This document shows, piece by piece, positions 28,401 through 38,705 of a stretch of 64,000 bases of DNA. The notes beneath the pieces are model-generated. The model was not told the origin of the DNA. It saw nothing but the letters and a program-made list of their open reading frames with translations, and ran no database searches. Source of the DNA: a virus; IMG/VR virus record IMGVR_UViG_3300009503_000027, positions 1 to 64,000 of that record; one strand, 5' to 3'. Made by a program: the position numbers and the translations under genes. Each line of letters starts with the position of its first letter. Position 1 is the stretch's first letter.

Positions 28401-28852
28401 AGTTGCGGTGGATAGCAAATCAGCTAGAAGAATTAAAGCAGGGCCAGGTACAAGTGGGCAAGGCCATAAGACGTGGCCGCATACTGGCATGGTTAAAGTG
28501 GTTAATACCTGCCGCCGGTGTACCAATTATATGGCACTATGCGCACCGGCGGGGCGAAGAGGTAGCTAAAGGGGCGGGAGAGGCAGTCGGCGGTGGCTTC
28601 GAGGACTTACAGAGGATGCAAGAACAATACCAGCAGCAACCAGGTTGGGGCACTCCTGCCCAGCCTCCTGCTTGGGGTACTAGCCAGCCGCTGCCGCCGC
28701 CCACCGGCGGTGCCGCAGGAGGGGCGCCTAATATCTATATAGGGGGGAATGTTATTGTGAACAATCCCAACCGCCGCTTCTTAGAGGACTTCTCGGAGGC
28801 TATCGGGATTGACCCATCAGAGCTTGACCAGAAGATGGGGGCAAACTACTGA
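25436..28852 (+). CDS. Tape measure protein
   Basis: 1138 aa, helical; TPYQAEQI, LRRLGIT, FQRGGKV..SGLAYVHRGEVIVP motifs. Confidence 0.85.
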   Translation: MAMNVTVRVIPDRTTQELMAILSGRLQRAWRMSIFSRGDQRAIEQTIARMVQAQTQIAELQERLINAESDEHDRIRSRIAGIRVLLNLERQHLRILQLQAQQGTVLGRIFRGLRTVWQRTWGVFSSIYTPIMRAYWTLVSFYYMVGHLVRPIATLEYALLGLARRALSEVVRGIRTMITSAQELEGAVARSRALFGRGAGTRMVQWAMGLSIGTPYQAEQIFGAARMAQALQLGRYANIQDIILRAAGPLSVVFADRLQRGMEDAMYGIGRAVVGGYWRILRRLGITPEDLAAKYGTPMPGTEASRTEAGRAALLRAIMAEVMARYGGAVQEFAGTWQVLLADLKDIWQYFVLRYDWNVQEDTQRQGTITSLIKQLVKGFRDTFLSWMQSGKLDRFIESLVALTSWMQPLVSWIVQHMEPLIDYATQVLDRLYKWLDEAFLRFFGVRLKDLNTPEGLALFGKGLMANITSIGSDIIGILQAGLVLQKEMMNIMFLIADILARLTDYFTKGKYGVAQKVQVLWGAATQTMGKVIGWVGAAGQRVGQWSVYWRREELQEALRRLGYDEPEIQQILARVDQQVASDRNIETPQQQEAVYRRAVNWALERLRAGEFQPAVPQSFQRGGKVERSGLAYVHRGEVIVPTRPEWEELSPRERERQARALEEAMGWRRPAVWERAIGWLRGHRDLLMGEASLIPWLLPAGAGQGRIPEGLTRAWNWARGLWEQRRLERDIATDPESVQHRLGEYVARYGGPRGQGLSWADWQDALFILSFLFPIEGEVSSAIGVLMRMGRLSRAWRWVQLILGGGEAGGIMGFAEGAHREPWLTRAWTWLRRLVGGADEAQIRQWKRLASQLARERKWREARFFGRRARLAELRLDQRAVEVLRTWLRDKWTWWRRHFGDLEREVFHHKRGVKMLREARLIEDAEARRGAILRARRSELAEAAQAHRKARAARERSIWRAIWTRFAKIRARFAKEASEEAPQITDPELRWIANQLEELKQGQVQVGKAIRRGRILAWLKWLIPAAGVPIIWHYAHRRGEEVAKGAGEAVGGGFEDLQRMQEQYQQQPGWGTPAQPPAWGTSQPLPPPTGGAAGGAPNIYIGGNVIVNNPNRRFLEDFSEAIGIDPSELDQKMGANY

Positions 28853-29103
28853 TGAAGATAGTCATTCTGCAGTGGGACGATCTGGCATATGTATTTAGGT
28901 CTGCCCCCGGCAGGCTTATCTTGGTTGACCGGTCAGACACACAGCCCAGCCTGCCCGTGGCAAAGTTTGTCAAGGACATCCAGCGCTGGGCCACAAATGT
29001 GGGGGCAGAGTGTGACGTGCGTAAGCTTGCCCCCGATGCGTCAATCCACGAGACGCTGGAGAAGCTTGCCGCCGAGTATGATGCACACTTGGTAGGGATA
29101 TAA
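28852..29103 (+). CDS. Hypothetical protein
   Basis: TGATG coupling. Confidence 0.6.
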   Translation: MKIVILQWDDLAYVFRSAPGRLILVDRSDTQPSLPVAKFVKDIQRWATNVGAECDVRKLAPDASIHETLEKLAAEYDAHLVGI

Positions 29104-29107
29104 GCAT

Positions 29108-32068
29108 ATGGGCTGGGCAAAGTCACAAGTGAGAATGGACATTGCCTGGTCGGGTACGATACAGGCACTCAATCAGATCCTTATGCCGCCTAGCATAGGC
29201 CTTCTAACATTCAAGTCGGCAAGCCTTTCTGGTCCTGGTGGGAGCATATCTCTAGAGGGGCTGGGCATGAGGCTTCAGAAACGATCCGGTAATATCTATG
29301 CCGCCTACATGTACTTCAGATTAACCATACAGGCCTGGGGGAGCAGCATGCCCCCCCCGTCCTTAACCAAATACATTTGGCTCTACTTGGGCGAAATTGA
29401 GCTCCCCCCCCCTCCTGTCGAGCCTCCCCCGATACCTCCTGATGACATTGTCGTGGATGGCCCCAATCTTACATATAGCATCTCAGTCCAAGTCACAAAT
29501 GTTGACCTTTGGTTCAAAACGACCGAGGCAGCCCTAACCAAACGTGGCTTCCTTTGGTTTGGTGACCGCAATGCATCAGAGGGGTGGGGTATAGGTGAGG
29601 GGAGTACGACCACAGTGACAGCAACTGGCCCCGGCGGGCCATTCCAAGTACAGGGCAATCTCAATCCGGTAGAGCCTACAGGAGACTTAGGAATAGGGTG
29701 GGCCGTCACCGGAGGCCTCTCTTGCTACAGAGCACCCGAAGAAGTAGTCGGCTTGCCCCTGGCGCGCGTCAGCGCAGTTAACTTCAACGGGATCGCAGTT
29801 GATTTCTCGCAGTGTGAGCTATACAATCCGGGGGCCAATGCCCCCGATCCGTACAACTCTGCGTGGGGCAGAACATCTACGCAGACTAATTGTTGGTGCA
29901 TACGCCCCAGCACAGATGGTGCCGAAATGTACCGCCGGGGCAATAGCACAGGGTCTGAGGCCGTCTGGGGATTCACCATCTGGCAACCCATACATGCGAA
30001 GTTCATCAACCGGACAGGCAACTTCGGTGACGATGCCACCCGTGATGATATTGTAGTGTGGGGTAGCCCTATCGAATGGTACCAAGAAGGCGGAGTATGG
30101 AAGTCGCGCCCGAAGAAATGGGCAGGGGACCTTGAAGTTATCCAACAGTACCGCTCTTGGCTATTCCATTATGAGTGGCAGACGCTATCCTCTCAGACAG
30201 TCTTTGTCAATGTTGATACGGAGTGGCGGGAGGCTAACAATGAAGACGTTGGGGGCACTAGCAATGGTGATCCCCAGAACGATATCCCTTGCCCCCTTAT
30301 CCTACATCCCCTAAATGTAACAAACTTAGAGGGCGACCCAACGGCGGAATGGGGCAGCTGGATAACGGTTGCGCATTCAGAGCCTATTGCATTTTTCGAC
30401 AAGGATGACAGTGACAGGCCTGCCGCCTGGACCGGGAGCAATGGCCTCACACCGGGGGAGTATCCCGATGACTACATCTGGCAGGTGGCGGCAAGGTCGA
30501 ACAATCCCACCGCTACGCTCACAACCGTTTCGCGCAAGTGGCTAGAGCTTGATAGATTGCAAGAAAAACTAAATGATCCCGAGAGGCAGCACAATCACGA
30601 CTGGGTAATACAGAACTACCCTAACCTGCCAATAGCGCAGAGCCAAGACGATCCCGAATGGCACGAACAGATACCTGTTGAAAACGAATGGCATTGGCAG
30701 AATCAAACCTGGCTAGAGATTGACCTTAATGCCCCGCGTGATGCTACAATACAAGTTGTGGTGACCTATTCGGAGATATACGTATACGATCCTTGGTACA
30801 CCTGCTTCGAACACACGTTCGGCGCAGAGGGAGAGTGGGAATACAGCCGTACACAGAAGCAGGTTGTATATACTGCCACCGTCGAGAAGACACCGGCGGG
30901 GCAAGAATTCACGCCAGTCCTAATTGACCTTTGCAGCCCGGTATCGGGCGAACGGCCGCCGCGTCTCTGGCATGTTGACAAGGTAGACATTGTTATCATC
31001 GGAGAAAGCCCCGCAGAGGACGAAACATGGACGCTGCACTCCATCTGGCTTACTGGTATGTATTGGAAAGATGAGTGGGGGCCAGATCCACCCACATTCT
31101 TCAGCGTGCGGGAATATGACCCCTATGATTGGTTAAGTGACTATACTGGCTTCGCCAGTATCACGGATGGCAAGCCATGTTTCGACATAGTCTATGGGTA
31201 TGAAGAGCATGAGTCGGTAGAGCGTAGTCTGAAGCAGCGGCAGAAGTATAGGCATTGCCCCGAATCGGAGGCGGAAGGCATCCTCGATTATGCCAAGCCC
31301 CTGGCCCGGCTGCTGGATGAGATCAACTGGCAGCGCGGTTGGGAGGCAGGTTGGACTAACGGCGACCCTCACCTCGGGCCTAAGAACCGCGACGCCGAGG
31401 GCAATACATTCGTCAGTACATTCCGTTGGTGGGACTTGCTACGCTCACATGAATATAAGTTCTTGCAGTATGCCGAGCTAAAAGGAGCACCAATAGTACG
31501 TGGATGGTATCTTGCCGCCGGTATCAAGCACACAATCTATTATGAGAAGTGGCCCCAGGGCCGCATCCACGGCATGGCCTACACGGGGAATAGCCGTGCA
31601 CGGAACATGGGCACTGTTAGGCTCTACCGGCGGCCCGCCGAGGGTGGCGACTGGGCACTAATAGATACCACCACGACTGATGAGCACGGCAGGTTCAGGT
31701 TCGACCCCGTTCAGGAGAAGGGCTGGATATACCGGGTTAGTACGGGCGGCTCCATGCTCTACGCAAAGAACGCGCGCTACTCCTGGTCGTTGGGGGCGCT
31801 GGAGGCTGGGGCGGGAGTACTTGCCTGCAACATGTTCGGCAACATCTACCGATTTGAGTCGCAGGGCAATAGTGTGATATTCTATTGGGCACAGGGGTTA
31901 GGGGGCCCTTGGCATGGGCCGTATACCCTGGCGACCTTTGATCAAAGCGTGGCAAAAGTAGCTGCCACCGAACTGTCAGGGTCTATCCAGGTGGTAGTGG
32001 TGTTGTCTGATAATACTACCAAGCTGGTACGTTGTACTAAGCTGGGGGCAGGGAAGATACTTGGCTAA
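29108..32068 (+). CDS. Large minor tail protein
   Basis: 986 aa, beta-rich, after tape measure; TTTTDEHGRFRF Ig-like motif. Confidence 0.65.
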   Translation: MGWAKSQVRMDIAWSGTIQALNQILMPPSIGLLTFKSASLSGPGGSISLEGLGMRLQKRSGNIYAAYMYFRLTIQAWGSSMPPPSLTKYIWLYLGEIELPPPPVEPPPIPPDDIVVDGPNLTYSISVQVTNVDLWFKTTEAALTKRGFLWFGDRNASEGWGIGEGSTTTVTATGPGGPFQVQGNLNPVEPTGDLGIGWAVTGGLSCYRAPEEVVGLPLARVSAVNFNGIAVDFSQCELYNPGANAPDPYNSAWGRTSTQTNCWCIRPSTDGAEMYRRGNSTGSEAVWGFTIWQPIHAKFINRTGNFGDDATRDDIVVWGSPIEWYQEGGVWKSRPKKWAGDLEVIQQYRSWLFHYEWQTLSSQTVFVNVDTEWREANNEDVGGTSNGDPQNDIPCPLILHPLNVTNLEGDPTAEWGSWITVAHSEPIAFFDKDDSDRPAAWTGSNGLTPGEYPDDYIWQVAARSNNPTATLTTVSRKWLELDRLQEKLNDPERQHNHDWVIQNYPNLPIAQSQDDPEWHEQIPVENEWHWQNQTWLEIDLNAPRDATIQVVVTYSEIYVYDPWYTCFEHTFGAEGEWEYSRTQKQVVYTATVEKTPAGQEFTPVLIDLCSPVSGERPPRLWHVDKVDIVIIGESPAEDETWTLHSIWLTGMYWKDEWGPDPPTFFSVREYDPYDWLSDYTGFASITDGKPCFDIVYGYEEHESVERSLKQRQKYRHCPESEAEGILDYAKPLARLLDEINWQRGWEAGWTNGDPHLGPKNRDAEGNTFVSTFRWWDLLRSHEYKFLQYAELKGAPIVRGWYLAAGIKHTIYYEKWPQGRIHGMAYTGNSRARNMGTVRLYRRPAEGGDWALIDTTTTDEHGRFRFDPVQEKGWIYRVSTGGSMLYAKNARYSWSLGALEAGAGVLACNMFGNIYRFESQGNSVIFYWAQGLGGPWHGPYTLATFDQSVAKVAATELSGSIQVVVVLSDNTTKLVRCTKLGAGKILG

Positions 32069-32351
32069 CTTGGCCTGCGTCTGGACAATGTACTATATTG
32101 TCGTCCTCGAACAGAAGAGTGACGGTATCTATTGCCGCCGATACAATCCCGTGAATGGCCAGCAATGTAAGTTCTCTGATAACAGCTACGAGAAGCGCGT
32201 TATACCGTACAGTTCGGAATTCGATGCCGTGCAGGATGGCTTTACCATAATTGTCTACCTGGCGAGCGAGCCGGGCTACTCGGGAGAGACCGCTACTCTT
32301 TATGTGTCCTACGACATGGGTGAGACCTTCGAGCGGAGGCCAAGGGAATAA
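32061..32351 (+). CDS. Hypothetical protein with Asp-box (SYDMGETF)
   Basis: BNR-like motif, packed operon. Confidence 0.55.
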   Translation: MANLACVWTMYYIVVLEQKSDGIYCRRYNPVNGQQCKFSDNSYEKRVIPYSSEFDAVQDGFTIIVYLASEPGYSGETATLYVSYDMGETFERRPRE

Positions 32352-34996
32352 TGTCCGATACAAGGGCACGGGTTGCCGCACATTTCAGATTGTATGACCT
32401 GCCTCATCCACCATACTCGGTGAAGTATCAGTCCATTGCCTTCTATGAGCGCATCTCAGATATATGGAACCGGGGCACAAGGGATAGACGTGGCTCAGAA
32501 GCGTGTATGAGTTATGTAGATGTTACGGAGATCTTCCCTCTCCATCCTGAAGGTGTTATTGTTGACACCGCCCAAGGCAAGCGCGTGTATGTCCCCGCGG
32601 TCACCTATGTTAGCTCCATTGGTAGCGCATTCCTGACGCCAATCCCCAATGGGGCAGTAAAGATGGACCTATCTTACTTCACCCCTGGTGGTGAGCATGC
32701 TGGCGACTGGATGGATGACGTTCCGTCCTTGCCGGGCGTCAAGAACCGCTGGCTGATCATGCCCAATGGCGATGCCCTTGAGCCGGGGCAATGGAATATA
32801 CTTACTTCTAATTTTACACTGCCCCCCAACCCCACCATCATCTTCCAGTTAGCGATGGCTAACCGCGTCCCCGAAGAGACAGAAGGAGAGGGCGAAGGGG
32901 AGCCCCAGCCGGAAACCCGCGACTTCCAGGGCGTAGTGGTAGACTTTGGCCGTAATGAGCGCCGCTACATTAGGTTGTGGTTTGCCATTGAGGGCGGCAT
33001 TGCTGTGGAGTATTGTGACAATGTGCTCACGTCGGGGCAGGCGGTGTATGTGCAATTAGGTGGGGCAGGTTCGTATTATGCAGAGCTGCCGGCATTAATG
33101 AGTATCAACCGGGGCGAAGCACGCGGCGTACGGATGATGGTACAGATAATGAAAACCGTTGGTGGCATCGCCATCACCACAAACTGGTGGCGCAACTGTA
33201 TCCTCATAAACCTACCCCTGGAGAGCAATGATGACTTTGCCCCGCCACACCTGTGGGGTATACCGTGGCAGATACCGGCATCGCCTATAACATTCATGGG
33301 GAATTGCGGCATCTGGGCGCTGTCATACTTTCCTACTTGGATGCCCCGTGAGGGGGGCACTATTAACGGGCCCGTCCGCAACTGTGCCTATAACTGGGTA
33401 AACAATCCCAATCCGTGGGAGTTTCGTTCCCTCATAATGGTTCCGACAGAGGGGGGCAGTATCACAGTCAGCCCCTGTTTCGACAATTCGGGCAATCCTA
33501 TTCCGGGGCGTGCCACCATCCCATCCGTAGACGGCGGCAGTCCCGATGAGCGCTGGCGTTTCGAGTGGCAGGCGTGTCTGACACCCGCCGAGTGGACCTA
33601 TGGTGAAACCCAACAGTTCAAAACATATACTTCGCCGCATCTTCTATCTGTTACTGCATACAAGCGGGCGTATGTAGAGCAAAACACCTCTACGTATCGC
33701 GACATCACGGCGGACGTCAAGTCGATCAACATAGACGCGGCGGAGAGTGGTGCAGTGACGGGGGAGGTAGAGATAGACCGTAAGCCTTGGGAGGCAATGC
33801 TCAGCAACTGGACACGCTACCGACGCCGGACTGCCCAGCTAGCTCTTTGGTGGACCGACCCGCAGGGCAACCCCGTAGGCCTGGTGCCCGAAGGCCAGTA
33901 CGACTTCGGCGGCATGGCCTCGCGTCCTCAAGCCACCACGGGACGCGGCACTTCACCAATACTTTCCTTCCCTATCGCCGACTATTTGTCGGCATTGGGC
34001 AGCGATAACCGAGTAATAGACATCCCTCCCGGTGATGCCTGGCCCCTCAAAGACTACCTGGAATATATCCTACAGTCGGCGGGCATAGGCCCCGCATTAT
34101 ATACCAGCGAAGATGTCGACAAGGGCCTGGAGGACCTAGGGATAGTGATTCCAGCAGGTGACCTGACTGCCCCCGCCTTCAAGGGCTCAGCCGAAGCTAC
34201 GGTAGCCGGCCTAGTAGACAGCCTGCGCCTCATTGGCCTAGGGGCACGGCTTTGGGTCAACGGCGGCATCGTTACATGGTCATGTCAATATTGTGGCTAC
34301 AAGCGCAGCCCCGATCCGGAAGACCCTCACTTCTGGTACAACCACATTAGTGGAGGCTACCGTAGCCCCGGCTGCCTAGAATTCGATAAGCTACGGGGCA
34401 CACTCTATGAGCCGGGCGATGGATATACTTACGGCTACGATATCGCGGTGTTCTTAGGGATCAAGAATGCTCCCCTGAGCCGGACAACCTCAGGGCTATA
34501 TGGCGATGCCCTCGAACCCTTAGCGTTGCCCGAACTGGACACAGAAGAGAACATATATTCCACCATCAAGACCTATGGGCAGTCCTACTATCTAGGGCAG
34601 GCAGGACAACGCGAAATCAGGGAGTACACCGTCGTTGCTACCAAATGGGACGCCCTCAATAATCCATACTCCGCAGACTATACCGGCCAAGATAAGATTT
34701 TTGCAATTGGTCCTGCCGCATGGCTCAAAGATCCCCGCTGGATCCGCGCCATCACGTTGATGGAATACTACCGCCGGTGCTTTTCTTGGCAACGGCTCAA
34801 TGTGACCATTCCCTTCTGGCCGGGGGCCAAGGTAGGAAGGGTATTCTTAGTGCACGGCGGCAAGGATCTTGGGCTTGACGGTACTCTATGGCGCGTGATA
34901 CGATATAGACACACCTTGCGCGCGGGGGCCAAGGATGTGCGGAGCTATGCTGCAACACAGCTAACAGGTGTCAAAATAGGCCCCCTGACATCGTAG
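32351..34996 (+). CDS. Tail hub/baseplate-like protein
   Basis: DITADVKSINID, C-terminal IPFWPGAKVG..WRVIRYRHT pattern. Confidence 0.65.
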   Translation: MSDTRARVAAHFRLYDLPHPPYSVKYQSIAFYERISDIWNRGTRDRRGSEACMSYVDVTEIFPLHPEGVIVDTAQGKRVYVPAVTYVSSIGSAFLTPIPNGAVKMDLSYFTPGGEHAGDWMDDVPSLPGVKNRWLIMPNGDALEPGQWNILTSNFTLPPNPTIIFQLAMANRVPEETEGEGEGEPQPETRDFQGVVVDFGRNERRYIRLWFAIEGGIAVEYCDNVLTSGQAVYVQLGGAGSYYAELPALMSINRGEARGVRMMVQIMKTVGGIAITTNWWRNCILINLPLESNDDFAPPHLWGIPWQIPASPITFMGNCGIWALSYFPTWMPREGGTINGPVRNCAYNWVNNPNPWEFRSLIMVPTEGGSITVSPCFDNSGNPIPGRATIPSVDGGSPDERWRFEWQACLTPAEWTYGETQQFKTYTSPHLLSVTAYKRAYVEQNTSTYRDITADVKSINIDAAESGAVTGEVEIDRKPWEAMLSNWTRYRRRTAQLALWWTDPQGNPVGLVPEGQYDFGGMASRPQATTGRGTSPILSFPIADYLSALGSDNRVIDIPPGDAWPLKDYLEYILQSAGIGPALYTSEDVDKGLEDLGIVIPAGDLTAPAFKGSAEATVAGLVDSLRLIGLGARLWVNGGIVTWSCQYCGYKRSPDPEDPHFWYNHISGGYRSPGCLEFDKLRGTLYEPGDGYTYGYDIAVFLGIKNAPLSRTTSGLYGDALEPLALPELDTEENIYSTIKTYGQSYYLGQAGQREIREYTVVATKWDALNNPYSADYTGQDKIFAIGPAAWLKDPRWIRAITLMEYYRRCFSWQRLNVTIPFWPGAKVGRVFLVHGGKDLGLDGTLWRVIRYRHTLRAGAKDVRSYAATQLTGVKIGPLTS

Positions 34997-35194
34997 GTGA
35001 GCCATATGCGATTAGAAGACTGGCTCTTACGGGATCTCCGGCAGCGTATGTACAGGCCTCAGCAGCTAATTGACTTCGAGCGCCGCGACATCAGTCCATA
35101 CATGACACCAGATGCGATACAGCTCATAGATCCGGAAACCAACCAAATATACCCCGACTTCTATGATTTTGGTGGCTATCAGGGGGAAGAGTAG
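34997..35194 (+). CDS. Hypothetical protein
   Basis: Fills the gap in the operon. Confidence 0.55.
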   Translation: MSHMRLEDWLLRDLRQRMYRPQQLIDFERRDISPYMTPDAIQLIDPETNQIYPDFYDFGGYQGEE

Positions 35195-35196
35195 CA

Positions 35197-36162
35197 ATGT
35201 CAAGCACAACTGATGGTTTATTGGGGATACCCATCAGCCGGGAAGCGGGCGATGGGGGCATGGCGAGTGACCACAATAAGGATGCCCGATGGCTGAGCAT
35301 TCTTTGCCGGACACTTATTGATGGCCCCCTGGAGCCGGGCTTCATGACAGACTATGCCCCCGAAGTTGACCTGGAGACTGCGCGGATAACACCTGCCACC
35401 CTCAAGGGCTTCGCAGGGGGCGTCCCCATTTACATGACCACAGAGCTAGAGCATGGCGGCACGGCAAGTAGCGGCTCAACAACCTCACTAACCGATCCCA
35501 ACCTTTACGGCGAAACCAACTTCTGGCAAGGGGCCTATATCGTTTTCACTTCAGGGAGCAATGCGGGCACGGCCCGCCAGGTGGCAAGCTATACCCCCTC
35601 CACCCATACCCTCACATGGGCAAACCCTCTACCGACGGCGGTGCAAGCAGGCGATACATATGTTGTAACCTATTTCTACATCAAGGATGCACTCGTTACT
35701 GGTACGCGCTACCTATTCGCAAGCAGCATGCAGAAGTGCATCTACAATCCCAGTGGCACGACCAGTATCTTATATGCCCCCGCCAAGTTTGAAGCACGGG
35801 GCGCAGCTACACCTGCTTCTGGCGAAGTTTACATCGGCAGCATGGAAGTCGCCGAGGGGGCCATCGTAAGCGTCAGCTACGTAGATGCCCAGATGTTGCT
35901 AGCTGCCCATATGGGCCGCTGGGAAACCCTCACCGGAGAAGTAGAGATTACAGAGCTGGGCGGCGATGAGCAGATAGAAGTCGAGATTACTCACGATCCT
36001 CTGATGCTCTTCGGGGGGATTGAAGTATCTGCCCCCCAACCACACAGCGTCACCGTTACACAACACTATCGCAACGACCGGTTCACCATCCTGGTGACGA
36101 ATGGCACGAGCTATCCTGCCTCGTTCACTGTAACGTGGACTCGTTGCGGCAGAACAATATAG
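35197..36162 (+). CDS. Minor tail / fibre-associated protein
   Basis: GTASSGSTTSLTD...FTSGSNAGTARQV...AGDTY module. Confidence 0.6.
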   Translation: MSSTTDGLLGIPISREAGDGGMASDHNKDARWLSILCRTLIDGPLEPGFMTDYAPEVDLETARITPATLKGFAGGVPIYMTTELEHGGTASSGSTTSLTDPNLYGETNFWQGAYIVFTSGSNAGTARQVASYTPSTHTLTWANPLPTAVQAGDTYVVTYFYIKDALVTGTRYLFASSMQKCIYNPSGTTSILYAPAKFEARGAATPASGEVYIGSMEVAEGAIVSVSYVDAQMLLAAHMGRWETLTGEVEITELGGDEQIEVEITHDPLMLFGGIEVSAPQPHSVTVTQHYRNDRFTILVTNGTSYPASFTVTWTRCGRTI

Positions 36163-36176
36163 GAGGTTCGATATAA

Positions 36177-37988
36177 GTGAAGGCCTTGCCTGCACGGCTA
36201 CGGCGACTACCGGCAGGCCGCTCCGCTACTGTCTTCCGGCCCGCGCCGCCTCCCGACACCAGTCCTGATGCTATGGCATCAGGAGGTGCTGTTGCTGTCG
36301 GCTGCTACCCAGGCCTGGGGGATATGTTAGTGGCCTTGCCGGTAGCGTACGCTCTAACAGAAGCAGGCCGCACCGCTACTATCCACATTGTTGAGCCGCA
36401 GGCAGACCATAGGCTAACACGCCCTACTTTGGCAGATCTTCCTGCTCTCCCGCTGGTTTGCCACGATTTTGGCGCAAAGAAGGTAACAGATGTCTGCCGC
36501 GGATGGCACCTTGATGGTAGTCCTTTAGTAGATGACGCCCTGGCCAGTGTAGGTATACACCGTGGCAGCACCCCGCCATATGCTGCCCTCCTAGAACCCC
36601 CCGATGCTGCTGCACGAGTACAAGAACTCGTTGGCAACCGTCCATATGTCCTGGTGGCAATTAGTGGGCATCATCGTAGCAAAGACAAAACATTGACGCC
36701 GGAGCAGATACACCGCATCGTTACAGTTTGTGCGCGGCGGGGCTTGCAGGCAGTGCTTGTGCACTCAGAGCAAGTGGAGGCGTCCTTGGAGGGGCTGCTG
36801 AATCTCTCCGACCAGACAACGATAACTGACCTCATTGCATTGGCAGCGAAAGCCACAGCCGTTGTGGCGCCCGACTGTGGTGTCCTGCACTTAGCAGGCG
36901 CCTATGACCGGCCACTTCTGGGCATCCTAGGCACGACTGTCGCACCGCGACGCCTGCCACCATATGTCCCGCATGTATACCTACGGGGTAGGACTGCTGC
37001 TGATGTATCACCGGACAACATTGAGCGTGGCCTACGGCGGATACTAGATGCCGCCATGCTGATGCCGGTGTGGGCGGTGATACCGGCCTGGCCGTGTGGC
37101 GTCGTGGCAACGGCCCAACGGGTGGCCGAGCCAGTCGGGGGCCGCGTCTGTGACATGGATGAAGTACCGAAGGAGGCCCTTGCCATCGCAGAAGCGCACG
37201 ATGCTCACCTAGTACGTTGGCAGAAATGGCTAGCGCGGCCCGGCGCGACGCTGGTATCCGTCCACGCCGGGGGGCCAGAAATCGCCACTGGCTGGCCCGC
37301 AGCCGTGCGCGGCGTAGGCCTACAGAAGGCCTGGGCTACGATGGGTATCAGCGTAGAGATGGTGCCATTGCCTGCCTGGTGGCCCCCCATAGAGCCCCGC
37401 GCTATACCACAAGGTCAAGTTATCGGCTGGCATGGAATGATACACAAGGCCAAACGCCTAGATACGTTGGTGGCAGCTTTCCGGGAAGTGCGTGCCCACA
37501 TGCCAGGGGCACGGCTACTGCTAGTTGGTTCGCAGCCGCCCTTCGCAGCAAAGGAAGCAGATGAACTAGCAGCGTCGCTGAGCAAGGAGCCGGGCGTTGA
37601 CTTAAAATATCGCCGCGCCTGGTCGGAGAAGGACATACGGGCGGCACTGGCCGAGGCAGATGTGCTAGCCTATACAGATGGTGGTGACCGCGAACAATCT
37701 GCCGCGGCATCCGATGCAACGGGATTGTCGCGGCCTATTATTGTGGGAACAGGGCGTCGGTATGCGGATTTAGCCCCGTGGGGGTGGCAAGTACGCCCCG
37801 AGTCCAGCGAGATCGCCCGCGCTATCATACGAATACTCGCCGATCCGACGGAATATGCCCGCCTATCAGTGCGTGCCTGGCAGGCGGCTTCCTATCGGCG
37901 GCCCGACCTGATAGGTAGACGCCTAGTGGCCCTGGCACGGCAGGCCTGGCTAGACAGGAGCGGAGATTCCGTCAATGACAGCCGATGA
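36177..37988 (+). CDS. Fused GT9 + GT4(-like) glycosyltransferase
   Basis: GLGDML, NLSDQTTI.DL, PDCGVLHLAGA (GT9); GWHGMIHKAKRLD.LV.AF, ARLLLVG (GT4). Confidence 0.85.
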   Translation: MKALPARLRRLPAGRSATVFRPAPPPDTSPDAMASGGAVAVGCYPGLGDMLVALPVAYALTEAGRTATIHIVEPQADHRLTRPTLADLPALPLVCHDFGAKKVTDVCRGWHLDGSPLVDDALASVGIHRGSTPPYAALLEPPDAAARVQELVGNRPYVLVAISGHHRSKDKTLTPEQIHRIVTVCARRGLQAVLVHSEQVEASLEGLLNLSDQTTITDLIALAAKATAVVAPDCGVLHLAGAYDRPLLGILGTTVAPRRLPPYVPHVYLRGRTAADVSPDNIERGLRRILDAAMLMPVWAVIPAWPCGVVATAQRVAEPVGGRVCDMDEVPKEALAIAEAHDAHLVRWQKWLARPGATLVSVHAGGPEIATGWPAAVRGVGLQKAWATMGISVEMVPLPAWWPPIEPRAIPQGQVIGWHGMIHKAKRLDTLVAAFREVRAHMPGARLLLVGSQPPFAAKEADELAASLSKEPGVDLKYRRAWSEKDIRAALAEADVLAYTDGGDREQSAAASDATGLSRPIIVGTGRRYADLAPWGWQVRPESSEIARAIIRILADPTEYARLSVRAWQAASYRRPDLIGRRLVALARQAWLDRSGDSVNDSR

Positions 37989-38634
37989 ACTACTAAAGCA
38001 GCTCTGGCGAGATTGGACACAGGGCATGCCACTGGTGGCAGCATGGCGATTACCCATTGCCACGGCTCCGGAGGATATGTTGCTGTTGTATGAAGCAGCG
38101 GCATCTGCCACCCTCCCAGAGGGGCATATCCTCGAAGTCGGCACCGGCTTGGCCGTCAGTACACTTGCCCTTGCGCGAGGCAATGCCGCACGCAGGCGCG
38201 GGGAGATGGTACTGACGTTGGACACCCTTGTTGAGGCCCGCAAAACTGCCCTAGCCGGAGCAGCCTGCGCACTTTTAGCTATTCACGCGACTGGACGATA
38301 CGGCATTGTATACATGCAAGGTGATACGGCGCATCTGCGCTGGTTAATTGGAGAGCGTAACCGGCGCTTCCGGATAGCATTCATAGATGGCGACCATACA
38401 TACGATGGCCTGGCTAATGACCTGGCTATTGTTGCCCCATTGATGACCAGTGGCGGCGTGATATTCGTGCATGACACTGGTGAGTGGGAAAGGTGGGCAG
38501 ATAAGGAACCAGGATGCTGCCGCTTGTGGAGATCCCTGAGGGAGGCAGGAATGTATGCTGCCCCCGATGGTCGCATTTGGAAGCCCATTGACGTTTCAGC
38601 AGCAATGGGCCGGATGGACCTGATGTCGGAATAG
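37975..38634 (+). CDS. Class I SAM methyltransferase (Methyltransf_24-like)
   Basis: ILEVGTGLAVST, FIDGDHTYDG..ND, GGVIFVHD. Confidence 0.88.
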   Translation: MTADELLKQLWRDWTQGMPLVAAWRLPIATAPEDMLLLYEAAASATLPEGHILEVGTGLAVSTLALARGNAARRRGEMVLTLDTLVEARKTALAGAACALLAIHATGRYGIVYMQGDTAHLRWLIGERNRRFRIAFIDGDHTYDGLANDLAIVAPLMTSGGVIFVHDTGEWERWADKEPGCCRLWRSLREAGMYAAPDGRIWKPIDVSAAMGRMDLMSE

Positions 38635-38705
38635 AGGATTATCTGCCCCCCGCAATGGGTGTAATATCAACAGAGCATCATACCACTCCTTGGGAGGAAT
38701 AGAAG

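Noticed and set aside
6281-36162. Diversity-generating retroelement acting on fibre genes
   Set aside because: No reverse transcriptase and no TR/VR pair seen.
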